Below are positions 36,480-49,862 of a stretch of DNA of 64,000 nucleotides, piece after piece. The stretch covers positions 12,553-76,552 of the forward strand of contig QPMI01000216.1 of NCBI GenBank assembly GCA_004431415.1, read 5' to 3'. The translations under genes and the position numbers were made by a program. Source of the DNA: Cyanophora paradoxa CCMP329 (Eukaryota > Plantae > Glaucophyta). The first letter of the stretch is position 1; each line of letters starts with the position of its first letter. The notes below the pieces were generated by a model. The model ran no database searches, was not told the DNA's origin, and saw nothing but the letters and a program-made list of their open reading frames with translations.

Positions 36480-39400
36480 TTAGACTTGGTGACTGTGACC
36501 TAGGCCTAGAATTTCGAAGGCGTGTACGGAAAGCAAGGCCCTAAGGCGGAAAGGAGGAGGAAGGGTGTCGCGAGGAAGTGGCGGGGAGGGCGGGCCCCCC
36601 GCGGGCCGGGGCCGGGTCTCGGGGGGAGGATCAGAGGGGGACGACGCGGGGCGGGGGGCGGGGGCGGCCCCGGGCCGGCGTCGACGTCCGCGGCGGCCTC
36701 GGCGGCGGCAGCGGCGCGGAGCCGCAGCGCGTCGCGCTGGAGGAAGAGGTCCCCCGCCGCCTCTGCGCGCGAGCGGCGTCAGAGCCAGACCGCGGGGCTC
36801 CGGCGAGGGCCCCGGCGCACGGGCGGCGGCGGCGGCGGCTGCGGCGAGGTCGGCGCGGCGCGTCGGGTCGGGCTCGTGGAGGGTGCGGAGCTGGAGGGCG
36901 AGGGCCTCGTCCCGGGCCTGGCCCGCCGCGCGCGCCTCGCCGGCCGCCCGCTCGAAGAGGCGACACGCCCCGCGCGCGTCCCCGCGCATCGTGCGCGCGA
37001 CGCCGGCGGCGTAGCTGCGGAGGGGGCGCACGATCTCCGTGCCCCGCGACCAGAACTCGAGGAGGCGGCAGGCGGTGAAGAGCCCCTGCCGCGCCTCCTT
37101 CTCGCTCGGCTCCAGGGGCGGCGCCTCGGGCGCGGGGCTCGCCCCCGGCCCCGCGCGGTGCGGGACGAGGATGGAGGCGGGGAGGGCGAGCGGGTGACGG
37201 CTCCCCGCCGCGACGGCGCGCGCGGCGTGGAACAGGATGATCTGCGCGAGGGCCTGCGCGGGGCCGGCCCGGAACGCCGGCGGGTCAGAGGGGCGGCTCG
37301 GCCTGGCCACGGGGGCCGGCCGAGGACTCGGGGGCGCACCGAAATGACGAAGAAGGCGATGTCCGCCACGAAGACCATCTGCGGGGCGCGTCGGACGCCC
37401 GGACTCGACTCGTGGGGCCGGCTGCGGGGGCGGGGCCGGCGGACCGAGTGGCGGGGGGCCCCGACCATGCCGCTAATGGCGTCGAGGGCGGCGCGGCCCA
37501 CGGAGCGCCCGTCACGGCCCACCCCCGCCGGGCCCCGCACCCGCAGCAGCGCCTGTGCCAGCCCCGGCGAGCGGCGATCGTGAGCGGCGATCGCAATAAT
37601 GGGGAGGGGGTTTGTGGCCCGCAGCCACGCACCAGCACGTAAGCCCCCTGCACGACGAGGCGAAAGTGCGGCGCGAGGCGCGGGCTGCGGCGCGGTACCG
37701 GTGCTCGGTGGGCGGAGAGGAGAAGGCCGGGGAGGGGTGGGCGGGGGGACCTTGCGCCGCTCTCGAGGAGGGCCTCCATCGCGGCGAGCCCGTCCTCGAG
37801 GCCGGCGTCGTCCTGCGCCGAGGGTGAGGCGCGCGGCAGCGGAGAGGGGCAAGGAAAGGCGGCGCGCGTTGAGGAGGCGCATCACCGCCACAGCGGCGTG
37901 GCCGAGGATCAGGTGGAACTCGTCCTGCGCGACGCACCGCCCGGCTCGGGTCCGGGCGGACCCCGGGCGGGGCGGGTGGGAGCGGGGCCGAGCGGGAGCG
38001 GGCGCACGAGCAGCTCGGGCTCCTTGGCGTGCGCGTCGAGCACCGCCTGCGGCGCGGGGCGCCGTCACGCGCGCGGGGCCCGGGGTGGCGGATTCGATAT
38101 GGCCACACCTGGACCTCGGCGATGTAGGGCGCGAGGCCCTGCGGCGCCGCGTACGAGACCGAGGAGCGCAGCACGAGGAACATGCGGAAGAGGTGGCAGG
38201 ACTGCGGCCGCATCGAATCGGATCGGGGTCAGACAGACGAGCGGGGGTACTGTTAGCGAGCAGGCGGGCAGGAGGGGCGGGGCGGGGCGGGACCATGAGG
38301 CGGGTCTTGGAGCGGAGGCGGGCGGCCTGCTTGGCCCAGAGCCCGAGCATACGCCCCGACTCGCCAAAATCCATCGACTGCGCCGCCGCCGAGGCCGTGA
38401 GGGGGCGCTGGGGCGGGGGTGCGGGGCGGGGGCGGGGCGGGGCGGGCCTTGGGGAGGGTGGAGCCGACAATGCGGACGAGGGCGTCCCACGCGCGCTGCG
38501 TCCCCACCTCGTCGCACATCGTCTGCGTCACCTTCGCCCTGCGCGCGCCCGCCCAGAGCGAGTGGGAAGGCAGGCGGGCCCCGCGCATGAAACCGCTCGA
38601 TTCTAAGCCTCTTCGAGCTGCCCGTTGGCGTGGCCTCGCGGGTGCGGGGGCGCACCACTCGACGATGCCCTCCAGCCAGCCCATCGAGCCGCACATCTGC
38701 CGGCGGGGCGCGCAGGGCGCCGCTCGAGGCGAGGCGAGAGGAGGCGCAGGCGAGAAGGGACGCGAGGGGGCTCCAAGGCGCACCTGGACGGCGCGCGAGG
38801 CACAGATCACGGCCGCCTCGCAGGGGCGCCCCGCCGCCCGCTCCGCAAACGCCACCTGCGCGCGCGAACGACAATGCTCAGGAACACGGCGCCCTGCGTG
38901 GTGCAGGCTCCCTAGACTCTTGTTGGGCCTTCCGAGCTGGAGATACTCCTTAGAGAAGCGAGGAGGGCGGGGCGGGCCTGCTGCATGATGCAGTAGGAGT
39001 TGAGCTCGACGCGGCCCTCCGCGAAGGCGCTGAAGGTCATCGCGTGCAGCAGCAGTATGCGCTCCCGGTTCTTCTCTGCGCACACCGCCCCCTCCCCCTC
39101 CTCCTCTCCCCGTCAGCACGCAGCCGCGCCACTTAACGAGCATCCTAGCGGCACTCGCTTGCAACGTGAGGCGCTGCGCACCTCTTCCGAGCCGGGAGCG
39201 GGGCCGTTGTGGCGGGGCATGCCGCGGAGGCGCATCACGAGGAGGCGCCAGCCGGCGGAGAGCTTCTGCCCGAGCTTCGAGCTGCGCCGCCGCGCCCAGC
39301 GCCTGTCACGCGCCGGGCCGGGAGCGAGGGCGGGGGGCGGGGGGCGGACCGGGGCGCCGGCTTGCCGAGGAGGCGGAGCCCCTCGAAGCAGAGCGCGATG

Positions 39401-42400
39401 GCCTCCTGGTGCATACTGCGGGGCGCGTCGGGGGCAGCGCGGGGGCGGTGGTGGGGCGGGCGGACTCCATGCGGGCGCAGGCCTCGGCGCGGAGGCGGAG
39501 CCAGCGGGCGCGCTGGAGGGGCGGGGCGCGGGGGCTGAGGGCGAGGAGGTCCTCGTAGAGGCGGGCGGCCTCGAGGTTGGAGTAGGAGTCGAAGGCGCCG
39601 GCGGCGCAGCGCTCGAGGTGCGGCCGCGCCAGCTCCGCCTCCCCCGAGAGCAGCAGGTGGTGCGCCAGCACCGCCGACCCCTCCCCGTCCTCCTCCCCCT
39701 GCCCCCCACGCCCCGCCTCAGCCCCGCGCCCGCCCGGCCGCCGTGCCGGCGTGCGGGGGGCGGGCGGGGCGCTCGCCTGGCCGTGGGCCTCGAGGAGTGC
39801 GTGGTGGTGGCGGGCGAGGACGAGGTGCAGCAGCCGCCGCTCCGACGCCGGCAGCAGCGAGTACGCGCACTCCTGCCCCGCCCGCATCGGGCCGGGCCGG
39901 GCGGGCGGGCGGGCGGGGGGCGCGCCTGCATGAGGGGCTGGTGGAAGGCGTAGCCGCCGCGGCCGTCGTGGGAGAGGACGCCGGCGGCGCAGAGGGCGTC
40001 GAGGCGGGCGGCGGCGGCGGCCCGCCGCGGGTGCATCGCCTCCACCTCCGCGAGCGCAAAGTGCACGCCGGCGACCTGCCGCGCCGCGTCGGCGCCCGGC
40101 GGGGGGCGGGGCGGGGCGGGGCGGACGGAGCAGATCTTGGCGGTGACGAGGTCGTCGGCGGGGAGGCGGTCGAGGCGGGCGACGAGGGAGGCGCGGGCGA
40201 CGTCCGAGGGCAGCATCCGCCGCAGCGCCCGCGCCACCAGCACCGACCCGTCCCCCGCCACCTGCGCCCCGCTCGAGCCCGCCCGCGTGGGGCGGGGCGG
40301 GGTGGGGCGGGGCAGGCCTCGACGGAGCCGTCGTCGACGAGGCGGCGGGCGAGCTCGACGACGAGGTACGGCAGGCCCGACGCCTGCTCCCGCACAAAGT
40401 CCCGCAGCACCTGCCCCCGCCGCCCCGCCCCGCCTCGCACGCTCGCACGCCCCCGCCGGGCGAGGGCCGGGCCGGCGCACCCGCGGCACGCGCTTGGCGC
40501 CGATGGCGGCGCAGATGAGCGCGTCGGCCGCCGCGTCGGGCAGCTCCGCCAGCGAGAGCCGCTCCGCCGCCGGCCGCGCGAGGAGCGCCGCCGCCGCCGG
40601 CCCGGGCCCGCCCGGCCCCGCCTCCCCGCCCCGCCACGTCGCCAGCAGCGCGAGCCGCGCGAAAGGCGCCCGCGTGCGGCGCAGGCGCTGCGCGGGGCCC
40701 GGCCCGGCTCGGCCCCGTGCGCGCGGCGGGCGGCGGGCCCGGGGCGGGCACCTGGGCGAGGGCGTCGAGGACGGCCCACGTGGCGGAGTCGGCGTGGTGG
40801 AGGTCTGCGGCGGGGGCCCCGCGTCACGGCGGCGGCGGCGCGGGGCGGGGCGGGGCGGGGCGCCTTCGAGGATGAGAAGGAGGGGGGCGCGGGCGGCGCG
40901 GCGGAGGAGGAGGCGGGCGAGGAGGCCGCGGACGGCGACGGCGACGAAGTCCGGGCCCATCGGCTCGAGCGCCGCGCGCCGCCACGACGGGTTCGCGGAC
41001 GTCGGATCGCGCGACTGCGGCTCCCGAAAGCCGGCCTGCCGCGCCGCCTGTTCTCCCGCTCCCGCCGCGGCCCCGGCCATCGAGCCAGCCGAGGCCGGAG
41101 ACCTCGGGGCAGACTCGATGGCTGCGCGCGCACCAGGCCCGGTTGGCACGCCGCGGGGCGTGGGGGGCGGCGCGAGCGGAGCGCCGGGGGGCGGACGCAC
41201 GGTCAAAAGAGCCGCCCCGTGACCGCACTCTGGCCGGCTGCCGGAAAGAGGCGACGAATCCCCCGAGTGTATCGCCCAGGCCGCCGCCCCGCAACGAGCC
41301 GGGCTGGGACCCGCCGGGCGATGCCGGGTTCGAATCCAGGCCCAGGGCGGCGCCTCCGGCGCGGGAGGGCCGGCGCGCCAGCTGCAGCGCCTGCGGGGCG
41401 TCACGGCCGCAACGAAAGGAGGGGGAGGAGAGGCAGGGGGGTACGTGGGCGAGGTGGGGGAGCAGGTCCTCCTCCCCGGGCTCGAGGAGGGGGGCCATGT
41501 CGTCCGTACCCCCCGGCCACAGGGCCCGCGCCTGCGGGGGGCGCGGGTCGGGCGGGGGCCGCGGCGGGAGGGAGGGCGCGGCGGGGGCGGACGATGGAGC
41601 GCCAGGGGTAGAGGGCCTGGCGGAGGTGCGACTCGAGCGCGCTCGCGGCGGCGACCGTCGTCCCGCGCTGCTTCCTCGCCGCCGCCGCCGCCAGCTCGCA
41701 CAGCGAAGACTTGCCTGCCCCCGACGGCGCTGAGCGGCGGCGCTGCGCCGGGGGCGGCGCGGGGGCGGACCGGAGCCGGGGGGCCCGTCGATGAGGAGGA
41801 TCGGGGGCGGGGCGGAGGAGGAGGAGGCGGAGGCGCCGGGGTCGGGCCCCTCGGCGGCGAGTTGCACGAGGCGGACGACGCGCGCCGCCTCCTCCGCCCG
41901 CCCCAGCGTCAGCGAGGGGATCCCCTCCGACCCGCGCCGCCCCTGCGCCCCGCCCCGCCCCTCAGAGAGGGGCCCCGCCGCGCGCCCCGGGCCGCCGGCG
42001 CACGTGGCCGGTGCTCCAGTCCGCCTCGGGGCGGGCGCGGGGCTGGCCCCCTCCCGCAGCACGGGGCAGAACGCCGGCACCTGCCGCCGCGCCGGCCGCT
42101 CAGCGGCGCGGCGGGGCGCGGGGGCGATCGGCGGGCTCGGGCGGACGGGCTCGGGGATGCCCTTGAGGGCGAGCTCGCCGAAGGGCCGCAGGGGCACCCG
42201 CCCCGCGCACCCGTCCCGCGTCCGCGAGTCCACCAGCACCCCCACTCGCTCTTCGCCATCAGCCGCGCTGCGCCGCCCCGCTCGGCGCGCGGCGCGGCGC
42301 GGGACGAGACGACTGGGCCGAGCGGCGCGCACCGGCGCGGTTCGGCACTGCGCGGGGGCGAGGGGGGTCAGGCGGGCGCTAGAAACACCGGCGCGCGGCG

Positions 42401-44738
42401 GCCGGCGCCGCGCACCCGTCCCGAAGACCGAGTACCCGCAGCGCAGCGGGGAGCCGACTGCGCCGGGAGCGCGTGAGCAGGCGAGATCCCAGGCGCGGGG
42501 GCTCGGCGGGGGCGGCGGACCGAACGTGCACAGCACCACGCCCGTCGTCACGCTGCGGGGGCGGGGACAGGGGCGGGGGCGGCTTCAGAAGTGGGGGCGA
42601 GCGGAGCGGGCGGGCGGGGGGCACCCGATGGCGGTGCGCACGCCGTGCTCCTTGAGGGCCGTCTGGATCTCCAGCGCTGCGCGCGGGCGCGCGCCGGCTC
42701 GGCGGCGCTGCGCGGCGCGCGCCGGCGCCGGGGCCGCGCGCACCGCACTCGACGGCGCGCGCCGCGTCGTCCGTGTGCGTGAGCTGCGCGCGCGTCGGGC
42801 GGGCCGGGCCGGGCCGGGCGGGGGCTGGGGCGGGGCGGACCGGCCAGAGCCGAAGCGGCGACCGCGAGGAGGCCCTTGTCGTCCTGGAACTGCGCCCCGC
42901 CGCGGGATCGGCCCCACCCCGGCCGGCCCGGCCCGGCCCGCTCGGCTCCCGGCGCACCACCTGGTGCAGGGAGCCCTCGTGGCGGTACAGCGCGACCTGC
43001 GGCGGGGGCGCCACATGAGGGCGGGCGGGCTGCGGCGGGCGAGCGGCGGGCGGGGCACCTGCAGCGCGCGGACGGCCCGCTGCACCCCCTCGGCGGTCTC
43101 CGGCATACCCCCAGCTTCACGAACTGCGGCGGGGGAGGATCGGCCCGGGAGGGGTAGCGCGCCCTCGAGGGGCGCTGCGGGGTACCAGGACGGAGGCGAC
43201 GCGGAACTCGGACAGAAAGGCGGGAAACGAGACCCAGTCCTTCACCGTACCCATCCTCCCCCGCACCGTGTAGGGGCTGATGGGGGGGATCAGGGGTGCG
43301 GGCGGGGCCGGGGCGGGGGCGTACACGTAGAGGGAGATCTCGGCGGCCTCCTCGGGGGCGTGGGGGGAGGCGCCGGGGCGAAGGAGTGGGGCAGGGCGTC
43401 GGCGAGGGCGGCGAGGGCGTCGGCGGAGGCGGCGGTGGCGACGGCGGCGGCGGAGGCGCGCAGCCGCGTCGAGCGCGTCGAGCGGCTCGTCGAGGCGCCC
43501 TCCGACTTGCGGCTCCGCGTGGAGAAGCTCGCGGGGGCGCCGGCACGAGCGCCCGGGCGGCAGCAGCCGCAGCGCCGACGCGCACACCGCCACCTCCCCG
43601 CCTTGATCTCTGCGGCGCCGGCCTTCAGCGCCGCGGGCGGGGGCGCGGGTCGGGGGCGGGGCGTGAGGCGGGGGCGGGGGCGGGGGCGGGGCGGGGCGGA
43701 CCGGCGAGGGCGACGCCAGCCTCTTCGATGGCGGGGGACGTGAGCACGTGGACCATCCGCCTGCGCGCCCTCAGCCGCCCCGCCCGCCCCGCGGGGGGCG
43801 CTGCCGTCGCACCCGGGCACGGGCCGCCCGTTGGCCTCCTGCACGCCCGGCAGCCCGTCGCCGTCCGTGCCGGCGAAGTACTCGCGGAAGCGGCCGGCTG
43901 CGGGCGGGGCGCGGGTCGCGCGGGCGCGGGGCGGGCGGGGCGGGGCGGGGCGGGACCGGCGACGGCGACGCGGAGGCGAAGGGAGGCGGCCATGCCGCCG
44001 ACGGAGTGGCGGCGGAAGGCCGCCTGCACGCGCAGGCCGCACAGCGCCGCCCGCGCCGCCAGCGCCGCCAGCGCCCCGCCCCGTCCTCCCCGCCCGGCGC
44101 CAGCCACAGCACCTGCCCCGCCCCGCCCCGCCTCAGCCCCCGCCGCTGCAGCGCCGGCCCCGGCCCGGGGCGCCGGACGGGCCTCGATGGCGTCCCCGAG
44201 GAAGCAGACGACCTCGCCCCCGTGCTGCTCCACGATCCCCATCTGCGCCGCCGCTCGCCCCCGCGCCCGTGCGGGGCGGGGGGGGGCGCGCCTCGGTCGA
44301 GAAGCAGCGGTTGATGGTGTTGCAGAGCTCCTCCACCATCGACTCGTCCTCCGCGCACCGCTCGCACAGCGCCGAGAAGCCTGGCCCCGCCCCCGCCCCG
44401 CACCTCGGCCGGCCTGCCCGCCCCCGCCCCGCGCGCTGCCGACGCGCACCGCTGATGTCCAAGAGGCTCACGACGCCCGGCCTGCCGTCGCCGCCGCTGG
44501 GCTCCCCCTCAGCCGCCCTCGCCCCGCCCTCGCGGCCAGCGTCCGGTGCCCCCGCCTGGGCATGGGAATCGGCCGCGGCCGCCGATCCCGCGGCCAGACG
44601 CCGCCGAGCGATATGCTCCACCACGGCCCTGATTGCACGTGCACGAGAGGTGAGCCCGGACGGCAGCAGCGCATGCGTGAGCTCGAGGCGGGCGCACCGG
44701 CTGACAAAGGGGCGCGCAAGCTCGGCCACCGAAGTCAT
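36480..44738 (-). CDS. Soluble adenylate cyclase (ADCY10)-like protein: two class III cyclase domains, P-loop STAND/AAA domain and TPR-like tail (3' end approximate)
   Basis: C1: SLLDISG|FSALCE...IVEQHGGEVVCFLGDA. C2: FLSEFRVASVLFV..ALYRHEGSLHQ..FQDDKG..THTDDAARAV..IGVTTGVVLC..VGSPLRCGYSVFGTVPNRAARLM. Then LGRAEE, LLIDGPPGSG, ASGLPYLVVELA, LVARLDRL, YAFHQPLMQECAYSLL. Confidence 0.85.
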
Positions 44739-45327
44739 CCTGCTCGCGCCTGGGCGCCCCCGCGCGGGGATCGAAGCGCGTAGACGGGTCCAACGTGCCC
44801 CGGTCTACCGTACCGAGCTGCAGCTGGCGCCCGCGCGGTCGCAGGGCTTTGTTCCCATCGCTAGGCCAGCATGCGCAGCAGTGCTAGGAACTAGTACTTC
44901 AGGAGCTTGCGGCTGTAGCTGCACTCAGAGGGCGCAGGCGCACTTGGGGCGAGATAACGGCTGTCGGACTGCTAGAACTGCTCCATAGCGGCACGCTTTG
45001 CTAGGTGAGTCTGCAGATCTAGACAACGATGATGCGCATCATGTGTGCGCGCAAGTCGCCGCAAGAGAAGCTCCCCGCCGCGCCCGGGGCCTCGGAGTCC
45101 GGCGGATATATCGATCGCTGCTGCGACGCTGCAGCTCCGGGGGATCCGAAGCGCGCGGCCGCAAAATTGTAACGGGATCGACGCGGAATCGACGCGAAGA
45201 CTAGCTAGCTATAGGCCCTAGGGGTAGTGGGATCCGAAGATCGACGGGTCCGCGGCCCCCCAAGGTACCCCAGGTCGGCCACGACTACGGTACCCCAGGC
45301 CACGCTGATCATGATCATGATGATGAT

Positions 45328-45435
45328 TGTAGTGCGCCAAATAAAATGGCGCGCCATCTTATTTTTATGGCGCACGCTTTTGAGCCATCGCAGAAAAAAA
45401 TGCGCCGGCCAGCGCAGCCGGAGCTTGCGTTGGGG
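45328..45435 (+). repeat. Left terminal inverted repeat
   Basis: tgtagtgcgccaaataaaatggcgcgccatcttatttttatggcgcacgcttttgagccatcgcag...gagcttgcgttgggg is the reverse complement of 55369-55477. Confidence 0.95.
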
Positions 45436-45658
45436 GGGTTACTACGACTCGCAGCGTATGATGCAATAGTACTATACTACTAGGCTAGTAGGTAGTGCGC
45501 ACAGCAGCAGCCGGCAGACAGCACTGCGGCAGCGGGCGGGGCGGTCCGCACATGGCGCCCAAGAAGGGCAAAGTGGCCAAGCAAGGGCCTTACTACGACC
45601 AAAGGTTCGATACTCTTGAGCTGTGATGCGAAGGCGCGCACCGGGCGCCGCGCTGATC

Positions 45659-48600
45659 ATGATGCCCGACCGCGCGTGCACCTTGCCCGTGACGCAGCGA
45701 CGGTGACCATCGAGGTCGAGGAGGCACGGGATGGCCTGCGGAGCTCATGAAGGATGCGGAGCGGCAGCTCCGCTTCACGCAATCCGTCGGACCTGCGGCC
45801 TGGACCTGTACTTCTACGATCCGGAGGCGGACACCCTCGATCTGAGGACTGCGTCTCGGAAGCTGCCGAAGCTCAGTCCCGGATGTTTCTTCTACGTCGT
45901 GCGGCGGGACATGCAGCCAGCGCACGAGGACGGCGACAGCAACGCCGACCCGAACTTGTGAAGCTCATGAAGCGCGGCAAGGCGCAGCAGCCGGTTCAGG
46001 CGGCGACTTCGTCGGACTCGGCGCAGCTGAGTTCGCTCGTGGAGGTGTTGCGCTTGCAGGTCCAGACATCCGTCGGAGCTGCGCTCGCCTCTGCAGGTGA
46101 ACCTCGAGCAAAGAAGAGGGCGGCGACAGGCGCGAACTACCTGAAGGAGGACACGGATGGCAAGCGCGGCACTGGGGACTGCAACACGGCACGGGACGTC
46201 GTGCGGCTACTGTGGGACGAGCCGATCGAGGGATCGGGGGGGGAGTACACTCCGGAGACATGCCCGCGAGCCTGGCTGTTTCTGAAGGTGCCGTCCCTTC
46301 ATTTCAGTTATCGAGCTAGAATTTAAGTTTATATCTCGAGCTCACGCTCTCTCGCGGATGCAGAAGTGCGGGGGCGGCACCCGCAAAACGCACGACACGC
46401 TGAGCAGACTGCGGCCGCTGCTCACCCCATTCGACAAGAAGGACCTCAGCCACCTTCAATCCCTCACGAGATGCAAGAAAGAGATCTATTTCATAACATT
46501 GAGAACATGTGCGTGCGTTGAAGATGGGGCAACGATGCCACGCCCTGATGCGTACACTCCGAACAGACTGTGCATTCTAAGGATGAGGAAAGCGGAGCAG
46601 GAGGTGCCGGACGACCACTACAAGCTTGAGGGCATCTCGCGACCCGGCATTCTGGATGTCGCCGACTTCATCCTAGGGACTCACAAGCTGACGGCGATGG
46701 AGGAGAACGTAGCCGGCTGGATGGATGGCAAGGACAAGGTGGACAGCGGAGAGTGAGCAAGAGTTCCATTATTTCGAGCAACACATACGAAACTGACCGG
46801 TGGAAACAATTTACCACGCAGGTACAAGGCGACCGGGGCGAAGAGGAAGGCCAATTGCAAGAAGAAGCAGGAAATCGAACATCACGACTCGTGCGAAGGT
46901 ACGCGACGCTGTTCCAACGCAATCCCAACGCATATTTCAACACCTCTCAACGCATACGTTGATTGACATACGATGAATAGTGTTGACGTAATCAACTTCC
47001 CTCCGTGTTGGCACAAGGCTCACGCGCACTTTTGCACTTGCAGAGCCGGCAAGGAAAGTGGCAGAGCAGAAGGGCAAGGCACGCGTCCGCGCCCCCCCGA
47101 CAGACGAAGGTGCGCAATGTGTACAACGCATGCACAACGCATCGAAAACGCAAGCGTTGGTATTGCGTTGGTTGATTGCGTTGCAAAGATACAGCGCAAT
47201 TTTCGTTGATTCCGTGCCCGCAGAGTCCGACGAGGAGGATGACGTAGAGGACAAGCTCGAGGACGACAACGAGAGCGGGAATGAGGACGAGGACGAGGGC
47301 GAGGACGAGGGCGAGGACGAGGACGAGGACGCAGAGGCGGCAAGCTCGAGGAAGCGCAACCGCAAGGCAGAGACGAAGGGTCAGGAGGCGAAGCAGGAAA
47401 AGCAGAAAGCAGGAAGCGCAAGAAGCAGGAGAAGGAGATGGAGAAGGAGGCGAAGAAGCCCAAGGCCGCAGCAATGACAGAGAAGGTGCAGTCTTAAAAA
47501 CGCAATCTGTGCCAGTCCGGGCATAGTGCAGAGTTTTAATACCGCAGCACAGAAGGAGGCCGAGGCGAAATCGAAGGAGAAGGCAAGGCGGCGGCAGCGA
47601 AGAAGGCCGCAGCAGAAAAGCAGGCCGCAAAAACGGCGGAGCAGGCAGCAGCACAGGAAAAGGTGCAGTGTTGCGCGGCACTCTCTGCGAGCGTTCCGGG
47701 CCTGGGGAACAGTTTTAATAACGCAGCGCAGAAGGAGGCCGAGAAGAAAGCGAAGGAGAAGGAGAAGGCGGCGGCAGCAAAGAAGGCTGCAGCCGAGAAG
47801 GAGGCCGCGAAAACGAAGGCGCAGGCAGAGGCTGCCGCGGCAGCACAGGAGAGGGTGCAGTTTTTCGCGTCACTCTGTGCGAGCGCCTGGCATAGGAAAG
47901 AGTTCTAATCACGCAGCGCAGAAGGCGGCCGAGAAGAAGTTGAAGGAGAAGGACAAGGCGGTGGCAGCGGAGAAGCTGGCAGAGGCGCCTGCAGAGAAGA
48001 GCCGAAAGAAGAGGAAGGCTGCATATGAGCTGGCGGCGGAGCCAATAATCCCAAATCCCCGACAGCTGCCGCCCCTTCCCAAGCTTCTCAATCCTGGAAA
48101 GCAGAGCAGCTTTCGGCAGCTTCGCAGCAAGGCAGAGCGCGCAAAAGCCAAGTCAGGCGGAGAGAGTCCACTCGCCCCAAGATACTCCTCCCGCCCGGGC
48201 CGGTTGGCCTACGTAAACCAGGAAACCGGGTGCGCACGGGCAGTCCTCGCAAATTATTATACAATCGGTACTGTAATAAATCAGACTGTAATTATACATG
48301 TGCAGCTCGAACTCTACAGACGGCGGCTCGATCCTGGAGCTTTCATCCAAACCCTTTCTCAGGCGAGCATAGCATTGCAACGCATACTCAACGCTTGCGT
48401 TGTACATACGTTGATGTAGCGTTGTTGTAAATCAGAACGGAGAAACCTCTCAGTCTCAGTCGTGCTCAGCACTTCATCCGCGAACAAGAGCACATAAGTG
48501 CATACGATGCGAAGTCGTCGTATCTGTGCTTCACAAAGCCCAACGACGACCTCCCTCCGGGCTCGGAGCAAGTTGTTGCGGTATGGGATCACCAACCAGG

Positions 48601-49862
48601 GGTGACGTCGCACCCCTGGAGGCTGTGCAACACGCACAAGTACGCCCAGCTCGAACCCCGTCTCGCAGCGGAGACATCGTCGGGGGGAGGCCCCCTCGTT
48701 GTGGTCATTGAGTGGCCGCGGGATGACCCCATCATCATCGGGGCCGCCATTAAACAGGGGGACGAGGTTGTCCAATATATGACGCCATACATATTTCAGC
48801 CAGTCAAACAGGATGACGGTGGCAGGAAACGGGGCAAGCGTGAAGTCGTCCCCGTCGCCGTCGATGACACATTTCTAGACGCTGTCCGAACCTGCAGCAC
48901 TCCCACGCGGTATGCAATGCCCCATTCACGTCACAAAATATTCAGATAATGTCTGCAGGTTGAACGTCGCAGAAGGAGCCGCAGAGGATGCCCGCCCGCA
49001 ACTCTCGAGACCCATTCTGAGGCGAGCATAACTTTTCAACGCTTACACAACGCTTTTCCAGCGCTAACGTTGATATTGCGTTGCCGTGTTTCAAATGCAG
49101 AACGGACAAAAAGCTGTATGTCCAGCCGTCTCCGGAAGACGGCGGCGGTGTTGTGTGCGTGCAACGGCATATTTTGTGGGCATTGCGTTATTACTTACAC
49201 GTCTTGGCAGAGATGTGAACCACGCGTTGAGGCCTCACCCGATTTTGTGGCACCTGGGTGGGGCCGCATTTCCAAGAAGGCCCTCGCAGATGAGGTGGCA
49301 ACGCACATCTGGAACGGACGGAAACAGATCGTGAAAACAGTTCTCAAGCTGCGATGGCCGCCGCATTTCGATCTCGAGCCACGAACGCGTCTCGTGGTTC
49401 GCGGCAGGAGGAGTACGGAGAGAGAACACACCATCCTCGTGCCATTCGACCAGTCCAAGACAGCATACGGACAGGCACCCGGGCGCGTCCTGCACTTCGA
49501 CACATCCACGGTTTACTACGTGCAGTACGCTCAGGTAGAGCTCGATTGGGATGCCGAGTACGAACTCTTCCTAGCCCTGCAGGTAACTACGCAATTCCAA
49601 TGCATGCGTTGCGTTTCCGCTGCTCACGTGTTGGATGCAGCACGAGGAGACGGACGCCGAGGGCGAGATGACTTTTGCACTTCGGAATGGCCCCGCGGTC
49701 ACTGTAGGAAAGGTGGAGGATCGCAGGACCTTCCGCCGTTCTATCTCGTACCGGCCACACCCGCGGCCGCTGCGTGGCGAAATATCGGACTTCAACGAGG
49801 GAACAGTGGAGGGCAAGGACAACTGGTGGCACAAGTGGGACATCTTCATGCTCAAGAAGTAG
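45659..49862 (+). CDS. Orphan second gene of the transposon (multi-exon; acidic and K/A/E-rich middle; apparent frameshifts; start uncertain)
   Basis: Exons flanked by GT/GC-AG sites: LDLYFYDPEADTLDL, ARDVVRLLWDEPI, GILDVADFILGTHKL, EEDDVEDKLEDD, PLVVVIEWPRDDPIIIG, KLRWPPHFDLEPRTRLVVRG...YVQYAQVELDWDAEYELFLALQ|HEETD...WWHKWDIFMLKK*. No family recognised. Confidence 0.6.

Noticed and set aside
36522-44988. Long + strand ORFs (e.g. 41791-43743, 39743-41611, 43296-44783)
   Set aside because: R/A/G/P-rich shadow frames caused by extreme GC content, antisense to the cyclase gene.
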